From positions 5,696,001 through 5,760,000 of the forward strand of contig OZ244744.1 in the NCBI GenBank assembly GCA_965219455.1: a stretch of 64,000 bases of DNA. The letters are read 5' to 3'. Below the pieces are notes generated by a model. It ran no database searches and was not told the origin of the DNA. It worked only from the letters and a program-made list of their open reading frames with translations. The translations under genes and the position numbers were made by a program. Below, piece after piece: positions 28,890 through 38,446 of this stretch (the first letter of the stretch is position 1; each line of letters starts with the position of its first letter). Origin of the DNA: Candidatus Latescibacterota bacterium (GTDB lineage Bacteria; Latescibacterota; UBA2968; GCA-2709665).

Positions 28890-30467
28890 TTATCGCTGTA
28901 ACGCGGACATAACCGGCCCGTTAAGATCCTTTACGAGCTCTCCGAGAGACTGCGCCAGCAGGTCCAGCACGGGCGCGGGATAAATGCCCAGAACGATGAC
29001 AATGACCGCCAGCGGCGCCAGGCAGAAGATCTCGCGACCGTTAATCTCGGGCAGGTCCCGCCACCTTTCGTTAAACGGCCCCATGAACAGTCGCTGAAAG
29101 GCCCAGAGCATGTATGCCGCACCCAGAAGCACCCCCAACGTGCCCAGGATTGTCATCGTGCGATGGACCTGGAAGGCACCCAGGAAACATAGCGCTTCGC
29201 TGATAAACCCTGAAAGCCCCGGCAACCCCAATGCGGCAAAATAAGCCACCATCGTCAGACTGCCGTATACCGGCATGTGCGACCATAATCCGCCAAATCC
29301 CAGTTTTCCGCGCAAATCCGGATCTTCGTAATCATTGGGATAGACAATATACCGGTGGTGGGCCCGGTCGTAAATGACGCCCACCAGAAGAAACAACATC
29401 GCCGTGATGGTGCCGTGGTTGAACATCTGAAATACCGCCCCGTTGATTCCATGAGGCGTAAACGACGACATGCCAAGCATCACAAAACCCATATGACTGA
29501 TACTGGAGTACGCCACCAATTTCTTCAAATCGGTCTGCGCCATTGCAACAAGTGCGCCATAGATGATGTTAATGACCCCGATCACGGCCAGAAAATAGCT
29601 GAAATCGCGTGTCACGTCGGGCAACATAGGGTAATTGAACCTCAAAATACCGTAAGTGCCCATTTTAAGCAGCACGCCGGCCAGAATCACACTGATGGCC
29701 GTAGGCGCTTCGACATGCGCGTCGGGAAGCCAGGTGTGGAATGGAAACAGGGGCACCTTTATGGCGAAACCGATAAACATGGCAAACCAGATCATTACTG
29801 GAGCCGAGTAACCGAAAATCATCCCGGCCCGCAGCCAATCGGAGTGGTTGGCCTGATCCATCATCACCAGCATATTGAACGTATGTTTGCCCGTATCCGG
29901 ATCGGTTACATTGAAGTAAAGCGCCAACATCGCCAGCAATAACAATACGCTCCCCGCCAATGTAAACAGGAAGAACTTAATGGCGGCATACTCCTTTCGA
30001 GGACCTCCCCAGATCCCGATCAGGAAATACATCGGCAACAGCATCACTTCCCAGAACACGTAGAACAGAAAAAAATCAAGGGACACGAACACACCCTGCA
30101 TGCCGGTCTCAAGCAGCAGAAACAGCGCGAAATATCCCTTCACGCCACGGTTGATGGACCAGGAGGCGGGAACGCACAGGAAACCCAGCAGCGCCGTCAA
30201 CAGCACCATCGAAACGCTCAGGCCGTCTATGCCCATATAATAGTGGATGTTGAACGACTCGATCCAGGGTAGCCGCACTTCGTATTGCATATCGGGCACG
30301 GACCGATTGAAATCCTGAAACAACCAGATCGCCAGCAGAAGGCAGAGCCCGGTTGCAGCCAGCGCAACCCGGCGGATCGCATGGACCGCCCTGCCCGGCA
30401 ACAGCAGAATCACTACGGCACCCAGAACTGGAATAAACGTTAAAAGCGTTAGAATCCATTGAGCCAT
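28890..30467 (-). CDS. nuoM: NADH-quinone oxidoreductase subunit M
   Basis: FYVFWEVMLLPMYF and KVPLFPFHTWLPDAHVEAPT motifs; GGAGGT RBS. Confidence 0.95.
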   Translation of the reverse strand: MAQWILTLLTFIPVLGAVVILLLPGRAVHAIRRVALAATGLCLLLAIWLFQDFNRSVPDMQYEVRLPWIESFNIHYYMGIDGLSVSMVLLTALLGFLCVPASWSINRGVKGYFALFLLLETGMQGVFVSLDFFLFYVFWEVMLLPMYFLIGIWGGPRKEYAAIKFFLFTLAGSVLLLLAMLALYFNVTDPDTGKHTFNMLVMMDQANHSDWLRAGMIFGYSAPVMIWFAMFIGFAIKVPLFPFHTWLPDAHVEAPTAISVILAGVLLKMGTYGILRFNYPMLPDVTRDFSYFLAVIGVINIIYGALVAMAQTDLKKLVAYSSISHMGFVMLGMSSFTPHGINGAVFQMFNHGTITAMLFLLVGVIYDRAHHRYIVYPNDYEDPDLRGKLGFGGLWSHMPVYGSLTMVAYFAALGLPGLSGFISEALCFLGAFQVHRTMTILGTLGVLLGAAYMLWAFQRLFMGPFNERWRDLPEINGREIFCLAPLAVIVIVLGIYPAPVLDLLAQSLGELVKDLNGPVMSALQR

Positions 30468-30572
30468 CTTTCGGCTACCTCCCTCAACAATGTCGCAACG
30501 CAAATGACGGACGGCAGACCGGCCCGCCTTGTATCAATTGACTGTGATATCCGTCGAATCACTACCGGGATT

Positions 30573-32651
30573 TCAAGCAACCATCAATCGGATCACCATA
30601 AGGACCAGGATGCCCGCCATCACCAGAACAACGTAGGTCTGAAGGCGTCCCGTCTGAATGTGTCTGAGTCCGGCGCCGGCCCACCTGATCACCCCGGCAA
30701 CGGCGTTCACGAGCCCGTCGACCACCCATTCGTCGAACAGTCGGTCGATGAATGAAATACCCCGGGTCGCCGTGGCTGACAGATTCACGAGACCGTCCAC
30801 AATGTAAGCGTCGAACCAGTTCAACGCCGTTCGCCCGACCATTACGGCGCGGACAAAACTGGCTTCGTATATTTCATCGAAATACCACTTCCGGTTCAAC
30901 GTGTGGAAGAACCCACCCGACTGAAGCGATACTTCCTCCAAAGCGATCATTTCCTCCCGCCGATTATAGTACCGCCGATAGGCCGTATAGATGCCCGCGC
31001 CGGCAACCAGTAAAGACAGGATCATCGCCGGGTAGTGCGCCGTGTGCGCCGCGTCGTTTTCCGCACCGGCCGCATAAACCTCAACCTCGGTTCCCAAGGG
31101 CAACCCTTCGCCGTTGGCCGCAAGCAGGCCCGCTTCAGGCGCCTTCACGAGATGGTGAAACCAGCCCTCTCCGCCAAGTGGGTTCCAGGCATAGAAGATC
31201 CAGATACTCAGCACCGCCAGCACAATCAGCGGAACCGTCATCACTCCCGGGGATTCGTGGGCGTATTCGAGGAGGGACTTCTCCTTCGGCTTTCCGTAGA
31301 ACGTAAGAAAGATCAGCCGGAACATGTAATAGGCCGTTAAACCAGCGGCGGCAAACCCGAGAAGGGGCAGGAGGAAATGCACCGGACGGGAGAATCCGCC
31401 GAATCCCAGCGCAGCGGCCAGTATTGCGTCTTTGCTGAGAAATCCGGACGTTAACGGTACCCCCGCCAGGGCCACGGTCGCAACAAGAAAGGTCCAGAAA
31501 GTCAGCGGCATTTTCGCTCGCAGCCCGCCCATATTTCGCATATCCTGCGGGTCGTTGTCGTTATGTGTCGCGTGGAACGCATGCTCCACCGCATGGATCA
31601 CGCTGCCCGATCCGAGGAAGAGGCATGCCTTGAAAGCCGCGTGTGTCATCAGGTGAAAAAATCCCGCCGCGTAGGCGCCTACGCCCAAACCCATGATCAT
31701 ATATCCCAACTGGCTGATAGTCGAATAGGCCAGAACGCGCTTGATGTCGTACTGGGCCACGGCGATGGTTGCACCCAGAATTGCAGTAATCGCTCCGATG
31801 TAGGCGATCACCAACAGGGCGTCGGGCGTCAGGATCGGGAACATCCTCGTTACCATATACACACCGGCGGCAACCATAGTAGCGGCATGGATCAGCGCGC
31901 TGACGGGTGTCGGACCTTCCATAGCGTCCGGCAACCAGACATGCAGCGGAAACTGCGCCGACTTGCCCACCGCGCCACAGAACAGACACAGGCCCGCAAT
32001 CGTCAGCAGTCCCCCGCTGAGCCGCCCGCTGGCTACCCCGTCGTAAACACTTGCGAAGTCGAAAGCGCCGACCTTCCAGAACACGATCATAATACCGATG
32101 AAAAAGCCGAGGTCGCCCACACGGTTCACCAGAAATGCTTTCTTGCAAGCCGCTGCCGCCGACGGTTTTTCGTACCAGAATCCGATCAGCAGATAGGAAG
32201 AGAGCCCCACGAGTTCCCAGAACACGTAAAGCAGCAGGAAGTTGTCAACCAGAACCAGACCCAACATCGAAAACGAAAAAATCGCCAGAAACCCGAAAAA
32301 CCTGGAATAACGCGGATCTCCGTGCATATAACCTACCGAATACAGGTGCACCAGTCCACTCACGACCGTTACAACCATCAACATGACGGCAGTTATATTG
32401 TCGACCAGCAGGCCAACGGTAATCTTCGCGGCGTTCAAATCAAGCCAGACCCAAGAATCGAGCTCGAGGCGCCAGCCCGGATCGTAGGCCGAAAGCGCCT
32501 GGATGAAATACCGGAGAGAAAGAAGAAACGCAACGGCAATGGCCGCCAGGGGTACCCAATCGCCGCCACGGGGCAGGCGCCGTCCCACGAAAGTCTGTAC
32601 GACAAAGGCCGCAAGCGGTAGAACAGGGATTAGTAGCAGATCTACGGGCAT
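30573..32651 (-). CDS. nuoL: NADH-quinone oxidoreductase subunit L
   Basis: GKSAQFPLHVWLPDAMEGPTPVSALIHAATMV motif; C-terminal transverse helix and QTG.LQTY. Confidence 0.96.
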   Translation of the reverse strand: MPVDLLLIPVLPLAAFVVQTFVGRRLPRGGDWVPLAAIAVAFLLSLRYFIQALSAYDPGWRLELDSWVWLDLNAAKITVGLLVDNITAVMLMVVTVVSGLVHLYSVGYMHGDPRYSRFFGFLAIFSFSMLGLVLVDNFLLLYVFWELVGLSSYLLIGFWYEKPSAAAACKKAFLVNRVGDLGFFIGIMIVFWKVGAFDFASVYDGVASGRLSGGLLTIAGLCLFCGAVGKSAQFPLHVWLPDAMEGPTPVSALIHAATMVAAGVYMVTRMFPILTPDALLVIAYIGAITAILGATIAVAQYDIKRVLAYSTISQLGYMIMGLGVGAYAAGFFHLMTHAAFKACLFLGSGSVIHAVEHAFHATHNDNDPQDMRNMGGLRAKMPLTFWTFLVATVALAGVPLTSGFLSKDAILAAALGFGGFSRPVHFLLPLLGFAAAGLTAYYMFRLIFLTFYGKPKEKSLLEYAHESPGVMTVPLIVLAVLSIWIFYAWNPLGGEGWFHHLVKAPEAGLLAANGEGLPLGTEVEVYAAGAENDAAHTAHYPAMILSLLVAGAGIYTAYRRYYNRREEMIALEEVSLQSGGFFHTLNRKWYFDEIYEASFVRAVMVGRTALNWFDAYIVDGLVNLSATATRGISFIDRLFDEWVVDGLVNAVAGVIRWAGAGLRHIQTGRLQTYVVLVMAGILVLMVIRLMVA

Positions 32652-32667
32652 TACTCCCCCGGGGACG

Positions 32668-32973
32668 TCATCCGCTCAAAGAGTCCAGTCTATCGATGTT
32701 GACCATCTGATAATTGCGGTAGATATTCAAAACGATCGCCAGCGCAACCGCCGCTTCCGCCGCCGCAAGAACAATGACGAAAACGGCGAAAACCTGCCCC
32801 TCCAATCCCGAATCGGAGAACCGCGCAAACGCGACAAGATTCAGATTCGCGGCATTCAGTATGAGTTCCACACCCATCAGAATGCTGATCGCGTTGCGGC
32901 GCGTGGCAACCGCCAGAATACCCAGGCAGAAAAGAATGGCCCCCACGACCAGATAGTGCTCCAATCCAATCAT
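32668..32973 (-). CDS. nuoK: NADH-quinone oxidoreductase subunit K
   Basis: RRNAISILMGVELILNAAN and LAAAEAAVALAI motifs; ATGA overlap with nuoJ. Confidence 0.95.
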   Translation of the reverse strand: MIGLEHYLVVGAILFCLGILAVATRRNAISILMGVELILNAANLNLVAFARFSDSGLEGQVFAVFVIVLAAAEAAVALAIVLNIYRNYQMVNIDRLDSLSG

Positions 32974-33491
32974 AAGTCCCCCTCCTCCTCCTCCTCCCCC
33001 TTCCCCTTTCCGGCCAGCATCGAAGCCCCGATCAGGGCCGCCAGCAACAGCATGCCAGCCACCTCGAACGGCAGGACGTAAGTTGTCATCAGCGACTTGC
33101 CGATCTCCGCGGTACTGGAAGCCGGCGTGGGACCCTCTGAAAGCGGCCAGGACGTTTTCACGATCACCATAACCAGCAGCGCGAAACCGGCGCCGACAAC
33201 AACCACGCTGGGCAGAAACTGCACCCGTTCGGCCAGCAAATTCAAATCGTAGATCCGGTTGGTCAACATCACACCGAAGAGCAATAGAATCAGGATTCCT
33301 CCGACATAGATCAATACCTGCGCGCCCGCCAGGAAATCGGCATCGAGAAAGACGTACAGACCGGCAACACCGAAAAACGTAAACAGCAGGGCAAACACAG
33401 CATAAATCAGCCGGCTCACAAACACGACTGCTGCCGCCGAGCCCACGGTCACGGCGGCAAACAGGTAAAACACGATCGTCGAGAGCTCCAT
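32970..33491 (-). CDS. nuoJ: NADH-quinone oxidoreductase subunit J
   Basis: QVLIYVGGILILLLFGVML and YVLPFEVAG motifs. Confidence 0.95.
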   Translation of the reverse strand: MELSTIVFYLFAAVTVGSAAAVVFVSRLIYAVFALLFTFFGVAGLYVFLDADFLAGAQVLIYVGGILILLLFGVMLTNRIYDLNLLAERVQFLPSVVVVGAGFALLVMVIVKTSWPLSEGPTPASSTAEIGKSLMTTYVLPFEVAGMLLLAALIGASMLAGKGKGEEEEEGDL

Positions 33492-33597
33492 ACAACAACC
33501 ATTTCCGGAAGCCCCGGGACATCAATAGACGACCGCCTTCGTCTGCAAGGCTGGCCCCCATGTTCCCGGCACCCTGAAGTGACGGGGCCGCCGCAGT

Positions 33598-34086
33598 CTA
33601 TTGACGCTCCGCCGACTCCGCGACAGCGGGCTTTTGTTCGTAGTCCCAGGGACGGGCGTAACGGTAGATCAGATCCGTCCGATCGTAAACGGACGACTCG
33701 TAATTGGGGGTCATAATCAGACATTCGGTGGGGCAGGGATACACACAAAGACCGCAATAACAGCAAAGCCCCATGTCGATATCAAAACGCAAAACTTTGA
33801 GCCGCTTCTTTGTTCCCTTGGACGTCAGGCCCAGATCCTCGTCCGGACCGGCCTTTTCGCATTCGATATAAATGCAATCCACCGGACAGGCTCTTGCGCA
33901 CTGATCGCAACCGATGCAATCGTCGATATCGTTGAATAACTGATTGCGCGACCGCTCAGGCATCTGCCAGCGCTCGTCCGGGTACTGCAGGGTAACTGAT
34001 GGCGTGAACATATGCTTCAATGTGATATTCAAGCCCACCCAGATGGAAGAAGCCGACTGATAGAGATTCCTGAAATACAAACCCAT
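33598..34086 (-). CDS. nuoI: NADH-quinone oxidoreductase subunit I
   Basis: TLQYPDE, and two 4Fe-4S motifs CIGCDQCARACP and CCYCGLCVYPCP. Confidence 0.93.
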   Translation of the reverse strand: MGLYFRNLYQSASSIWVGLNITLKHMFTPSVTLQYPDERWQMPERSRNQLFNDIDDCIGCDQCARACPVDCIYIECEKAGPDEDLGLTSKGTKKRLKVLRFDIDMGLCCYCGLCVYPCPTECLIMTPNYESSVYDRTDLIYRYARPWDYEQKPAVAESAERQ

Positions 34087-34156
34087 TGCATCACCTCTGG
34101 AGAAAGTGTCCGGTTGATCCTGACCGTGGCTCAAATGCGCAAAGCTCGCGCGATAC

Positions 34157-35329
34157 TCAGGCTGTCTGGGCCCGCTGTGTCCGCCCCTGCATCAACCCCT
34201 GGGCCGCCGAACGCAACAGGAAGAATAGAACGACGGCCATCACGCCCATCAGTCCAACCTTGGCGAGCTCCTGCAGCCATCCTGGAGCGGCGAAGTGCCA
34301 AACGACCGATCCGAGCAGACACAGAAACGCGCCAGGCGTCAGTACTTTCCAGCCCACGAACATCAACTGATCGACGCGCAACCGGGGAAGCGTCCATCGT
34401 ATCCAGATCTGCACCGCCACCAGCAGGAGGCCCTTTCCGATCATCCAGATGGGACCCGCCGGAAACGAACCGCCCCAGGGCGCCTGCCAGCCACCCAGAA
34501 ATACCACCGCGCCTACCATGCTTACAGCCACCATCGCCGCGTATTCCGCCACGAAAAAGAACGAGAAGCGCATGCCGCTGTACTCGGTATGATATCCCGC
34601 CACCAGTTCGGATTCGGCTTCAGGTATGTCGAATGGGGTCCGGTTGACCTCTGCGAGCGAGGCGATAAAGTAAAGGATGAATGCAAGAAACGTAAACGGA
34701 TTGCGAAAGACGAACCAGTGATATAACGACCCGGACTGCGCTGCGACCAGGTCCTGCGTGCTCAGTGTACCCACAAGCGGAATCACACTCAAAAACGCCA
34801 TGGCCACCGGGATTTCATAGCTCACAACCTGGGCCGCCGAGCGCATTGCGCCGAGCAGAGACCACTTGTTATTGGACGCCCACCCGGCCATGAGTATACC
34901 CAGAACGCCCAACGACGAAATGGCCAGAATATAAAAGATACCGATATCCAGATCGCTCACGATCAGGTTGCCGCCGAAGGGGATGCACACAAAGACGGCC
35001 AGAGCCCCGGAAAAGACCAGCAAGGGCGCCAGAATGAACAGCCCTTTATCCGCCGCCGCCGGAATGATGTCCTCCTTCAGCAGGAGCTTGACGCCGTCGG
35101 CAAGCGGCTGAGCCCAGCCGTGCCACCCCCCGGTTCGCATCGGCCCCAGACGGTCCTGGATATGGGCGGATATCTTCATTTCCATGTACACCATAATCAG
35201 GCCCAGTACGGCGACGAGCGTTACGACAACGATCCCGGCGAGCAGCCCCAGCGCAAGGGACACCAGACCGACCGGCACGGCGCTCAAAAAGCCCACCTGA
35301 TTTACAAGAGCCTCCGCTAACTCCAGCAT
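34157..35329 (-). CDS. nuoH: NADH-quinone oxidoreductase subunit H
   Basis: QDRLGP, QPLADGVKLLLKE and NRTPFDIPEAESELVAGY motifs. Confidence 0.96.
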   Translation of the reverse strand: MLELAEALVNQVGFLSAVPVGLVSLALGLLAGIVVVTLVAVLGLIMVYMEMKISAHIQDRLGPMRTGGWHGWAQPLADGVKLLLKEDIIPAAADKGLFILAPLLVFSGALAVFVCIPFGGNLIVSDLDIGIFYILAISSLGVLGILMAGWASNNKWSLLGAMRSAAQVVSYEIPVAMAFLSVIPLVGTLSTQDLVAAQSGSLYHWFVFRNPFTFLAFILYFIASLAEVNRTPFDIPEAESELVAGYHTEYSGMRFSFFFVAEYAAMVAVSMVGAVVFLGGWQAPWGGSFPAGPIWMIGKGLLLVAVQIWIRWTLPRLRVDQLMFVGWKVLTPGAFLCLLGSVVWHFAAPGWLQELAKVGLMGVMAVVLFFLLRSAAQGLMQGRTQRAQTA

Positions 35330-35339
35330 AGGGTACTCC

Positions 35340-36539
35340 TTACCTGTCGATCTCGCCCAACACGATATCGATGCTTCCGATAATGGCAATGATATCGGCC
35401 AGATAATGGCCCCTGGCGAGTTCGTCAAAAACACTCATCACGGTAAAACAGGGCGACTTCACCCGCACCCGGTAAGGCACGTTGGAACCGTCACTGATTA
35501 CGTATACCCCCAGTTCGCCCCTGGGATTTTCGCTACGAACGTAACACTCCGCGTCTTTGGGGGGCCGTACGTTTCTGGGGACCGCCGCCTGAACGTCTCC
35601 GCCCTCGGGCAGTTGATCGAGCGCCTGAGACACGATCCTGGCGCTTTGCTCCATCTCGCGAATCCGCACCATGTAGCGATCCCAGCAATCCCCCAGGGTC
35701 CCCATTTCTCCCATGCCGACGGGCACGTCGAACTCGAACCGGTCGTAAATTGAATAGGGTTCGTCCCGACGCAGGTCCCATTTCACCCCGCAACCCCGAA
35801 GATTCGGTCCGGTAATGTTGTGACTGTAGGCCAACTCCCGCGACAGGACGCCAACCTTGGCGGTGCGTTCAATGAAAATCTTATTGTACGTGAGCAGTTC
35901 GTTATACTCATTCAATTTGCCCTTGAATGCGGCCAGGAAGTGCCGGCAGCGTTCGATGAACCCCGGCGGCAGATCGTGGGAGACCCCGCCCACCCAGATG
36001 TAATTGTACAACATCCGGGCTCCGCACGTCATTTCAAACAGGTCGAAAATATCCTCCCGTTCCCGGAAGGCAAACAAAAAGGGCGTAAACGCCCCTATAT
36101 CCATCCCATAGGTCCCGAAAGAAACCAGGTGGCTGGCAATCCGGTTCAACTCACACATGATGATCCGGATGTAGTCCACGCGTTCCGGAATCTCGAGTCC
36201 CAGGAGTTTTTCAACGGCCAGAACATACCCCATATTGTTGTTCATCGCCGCCAGATAATCCATCCGATCCGTGAATGGGATCACCTGCGGATACGGCAGA
36301 TTCTCGGCGTGTTTTTCGAAGCAACGATGCAGATAACCGATATGGGGTTTTGCCTCTTCGACAATCTCTCCGTCTGTCTTGATCTCCAAACGCAGCACCC
36401 CGTGCGTACTCGGATGCTGAGGCCCCATATTAATTGTCATCAACTCGCTGTTTAGATTATCGTCCCCCATGTCCGCTACCCGCGGCAGTCCCGGCCGCTC
36501 CACCGTCACTTCTGCCGCCCCCCGTGAAATCTCTGCCAT
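35340..36539 (-). CDS. nuoD: NADH-quinone oxidoreductase subunit D
   Basis: NMGPQHPSTHGVLRL, GYLHRCFEK and terminal DIVLGEIDR. No NiFe CxxC ligands, so not a hydrogenase large subunit. Confidence 0.96.
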   Translation of the reverse strand: MAEISRGAAEVTVERPGLPRVADMGDDNLNSELMTINMGPQHPSTHGVLRLEIKTDGEIVEEAKPHIGYLHRCFEKHAENLPYPQVIPFTDRMDYLAAMNNNMGYVLAVEKLLGLEIPERVDYIRIIMCELNRIASHLVSFGTYGMDIGAFTPFLFAFREREDIFDLFEMTCGARMLYNYIWVGGVSHDLPPGFIERCRHFLAAFKGKLNEYNELLTYNKIFIERTAKVGVLSRELAYSHNITGPNLRGCGVKWDLRRDEPYSIYDRFEFDVPVGMGEMGTLGDCWDRYMVRIREMEQSARIVSQALDQLPEGGDVQAAVPRNVRPPKDAECYVRSENPRGELGVYVISDGSNVPYRVRVKSPCFTVMSVFDELARGHYLADIIAIIGSIDIVLGEIDR

Positions 36540-36542
36540 AAT

Positions 36543-37013
36543 TTATACCTCAACCCTGATGCCGCGATAAAATTCCTGGACCTGGTAATCCTTGCGCAGC
36601 GGCCACCCTTCCCAGTCGTCGGGACACAGAATCCGCCGCAGATCGCTGTGCCCGTCGAAGACAATTCCGAACATATCGTACGTCTCCCGTTCGTGCCAGT
36701 TCGCCACACGCCATATACCCTCCACTGTTGGCACACGGGGACCGTCTCTACCCACGTCCGCCTTCAGCGTTATCTTGTGACGGCAGGACGTTGAAAACAG
36801 ATGATAGACCAGCGTCAGGTGTTCCGGATAATCCACGCCGCTCAGACACATCAACGACTCGAACCCCATTGCTTCGTCGTCTCGCAGATACAGACCAATT
36901 TCTGCAATTGCATCGGCCCTTACCCGAATAAAGGGATCCACATTTTGAGTCAGATCCAGAACCTGATCGGCGAACTTCGTCTTTAGCCGGTCGTAAATCT
37001 CCTGCGGCGTCAT
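36543..37013 (-). CDS. nuoC: NADH-quinone oxidoreductase subunit C
   Basis: WHERETYDMFGIVFDGH.DLRRIL and PLRKDY motifs. Confidence 0.95.
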   Translation of the reverse strand: MTPQEIYDRLKTKFADQVLDLTQNVDPFIRVRADAIAEIGLYLRDDEAMGFESLMCLSGVDYPEHLTLVYHLFSTSCRHKITLKADVGRDGPRVPTVEGIWRVANWHERETYDMFGIVFDGHSDLRRILCPDDWEGWPLRKDYQVQEFYRGIRVEV

Positions 37014-37057
37014 TGATCACCCCCACATCCGGTCCGGCGAAAGTCTGTTGGCGCTGC

Positions 37058-37543
37058 TCAACCTACTTTCGCGATGGAATCGATGCGGATCTTGTCCTGG
37101 AGTTTCAGAACGCCCTCCAACAAGGCCTCCGGCCTCGGAGGGCAGCCCGGTACATAGATATCAACCGGTACAACCCGGTCGACACCCTTCAATACGTGGT
37201 ATCCGTGCTGCCAGTACGGGCCGCCGGAAGTGGCGCAACAACCCATGGACATCACGTATCTGGGTTCAGCCATCTGGTCGTACAATTTCTTCACGCGAGT
37301 GGCCATTTTCAAGGTAACCGTGCCGGCCACAATCATCAGATCGGACTGCCGGGGCGTGGCGCGCGGGACCATGCCCAACCGCGACCAATCGTACCGCGAC
37401 GCCCCCGTGGCCATCATTTCTATGGCGCAACACGCCAATCCGAACGTCATCGGCCAGAGCGAGGACAGCCGCGCCCAGTTGACGAAATAATCGACCGACG
37501 TTACAATTACGTTATCCTGAAAACGGCCTGTGAGCTTTCCCAT
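37058..37543 (-). CDS. nuoB: NADH-quinone oxidoreductase subunit B (operonic copy)
   Basis: [16 protein letters not shown] and [10 protein letters not shown] motifs. Confidence 0.96.
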   Translation of the reverse strand: MGKLTGRFQDNVIVTSVDYFVNWARLSSLWPMTFGLACCAIEMMATGASRYDWSRLGMVPRATPRQSDLMIVAGTVTLKMATRVKKLYDQMAEPRYVMSMGCCATSGGPYWQHGYHVLKGVDRVVPVDIYVPGCPPRPEALLEGVLKLQDKIRIDSIAKVG

Positions 37544-37687
37544 GGACGAACATGCCTCCTGAAGCGTCCAACCAAGACTATGGAACTCGAACACCGTGAA
37601 AGGCTGCGAATTGAGACCAGGTAAACAAAACAAGTGGGGCGCGGTTCAACCCACGCGCCTTGGGCCTGACCGGATCCGGTGAGCGGA

Positions 37688-38107
37688 TCAGGCAACGCGG
37701 CTCCCGGCGACGGAAGCTGGCACCGGCGCCTGCCGCCCGGACAGTTTTGGGCGAACCCATTCGAGGGCGCCCTTCCGCCAGGCATACGCGAGACCGAGCA
37801 AGAGCACGGCCACAAATATCGACATCGCCCCGAAGCCGTACCAGCCGAAATCATTCGCCACCACCGCCCACGGATACAGCAAAACCACCTCTACATCGAA
37901 GATGATGAAATCCAGGGCAATCACATAGAAGCGAATATTGAACTGAATCCACGATCCACCCACGGGTTCTTCACCGCACTCGTACGTACTCAGTTTCTCC
38001 GCGCTGGGATTCCGGGGTCGGATCAGACTGCCAATGAACAGATTGACCACCACGAATAGAGCGCCGATCCCAAGAAAAATCAGAACGTTGGCATATTGAT
38101 CCAGCAT
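37688..38107 (-). CDS. nuoA: NADH-quinone oxidoreductase subunit A
   Basis: YECGEEP, FIIFDVE and WRKGALEW motifs. Confidence 0.95.
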   Translation of the reverse strand: MLDQYANVLIFLGIGALFVVVNLFIGSLIRPRNPSAEKLSTYECGEEPVGGSWIQFNIRFYVIALDFIIFDVEVVLLYPWAVVANDFGWYGFGAMSIFVAVLLLGLAYAWRKGALEWVRPKLSGRQAPVPASVAGSRVA

Positions 38108-38332
38108 CGTATCAGGGCCTCCTGAGGAGCGGCGCAATAAAACGGGGACGGCGACATGGCGCAGGCCTTATTTCCATCGTTGACTGCAATCCGAACCAAC
38201 GGCGATAAATTAGCGAAATCCTGGCGCATCTGTCAAGAGAAAAGCACCCCTCGCGCATCCATTCCCCCGGTTGAGCCGGTCCCCGCCTGATAGTGAATCC
38301 ATGAAACTTGACTTTTTCGTACATTTTTGATC

Positions 38333-38361
38333 TTGACACACGGATACGGATTGGGTATGTT
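38333..38361 (+). promoter_or_regulatory. sigma70-type promoter of the suf operon
   Basis: TTGACA-17 nt-TATGTT, 85 nt upstream of sufB. Confidence 0.7.
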
Positions 38362-38446
38362 AAGTTTGAATTCAGAAAATGTTATCGTCGCGTTGCATAA
38401 ACAACAACAAAACTAATGCCCTTTCAAGCGATGGAAGGAGCACCCG

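Noticed and set aside
32974-33561. Long upstream extension of nuoK suggesting a fusion
   Set aside because: It is an alternative frame of nuoJ; nuoK starts at 32973 with an ATGA overlap.
35340-37543. Possibility that the nuoEFG-less cluster is a group 4 hydrogenase
   Set aside because: NuoD lacks both NiFe-binding CxxC motifs and ends in the complex I GEIDR signature.
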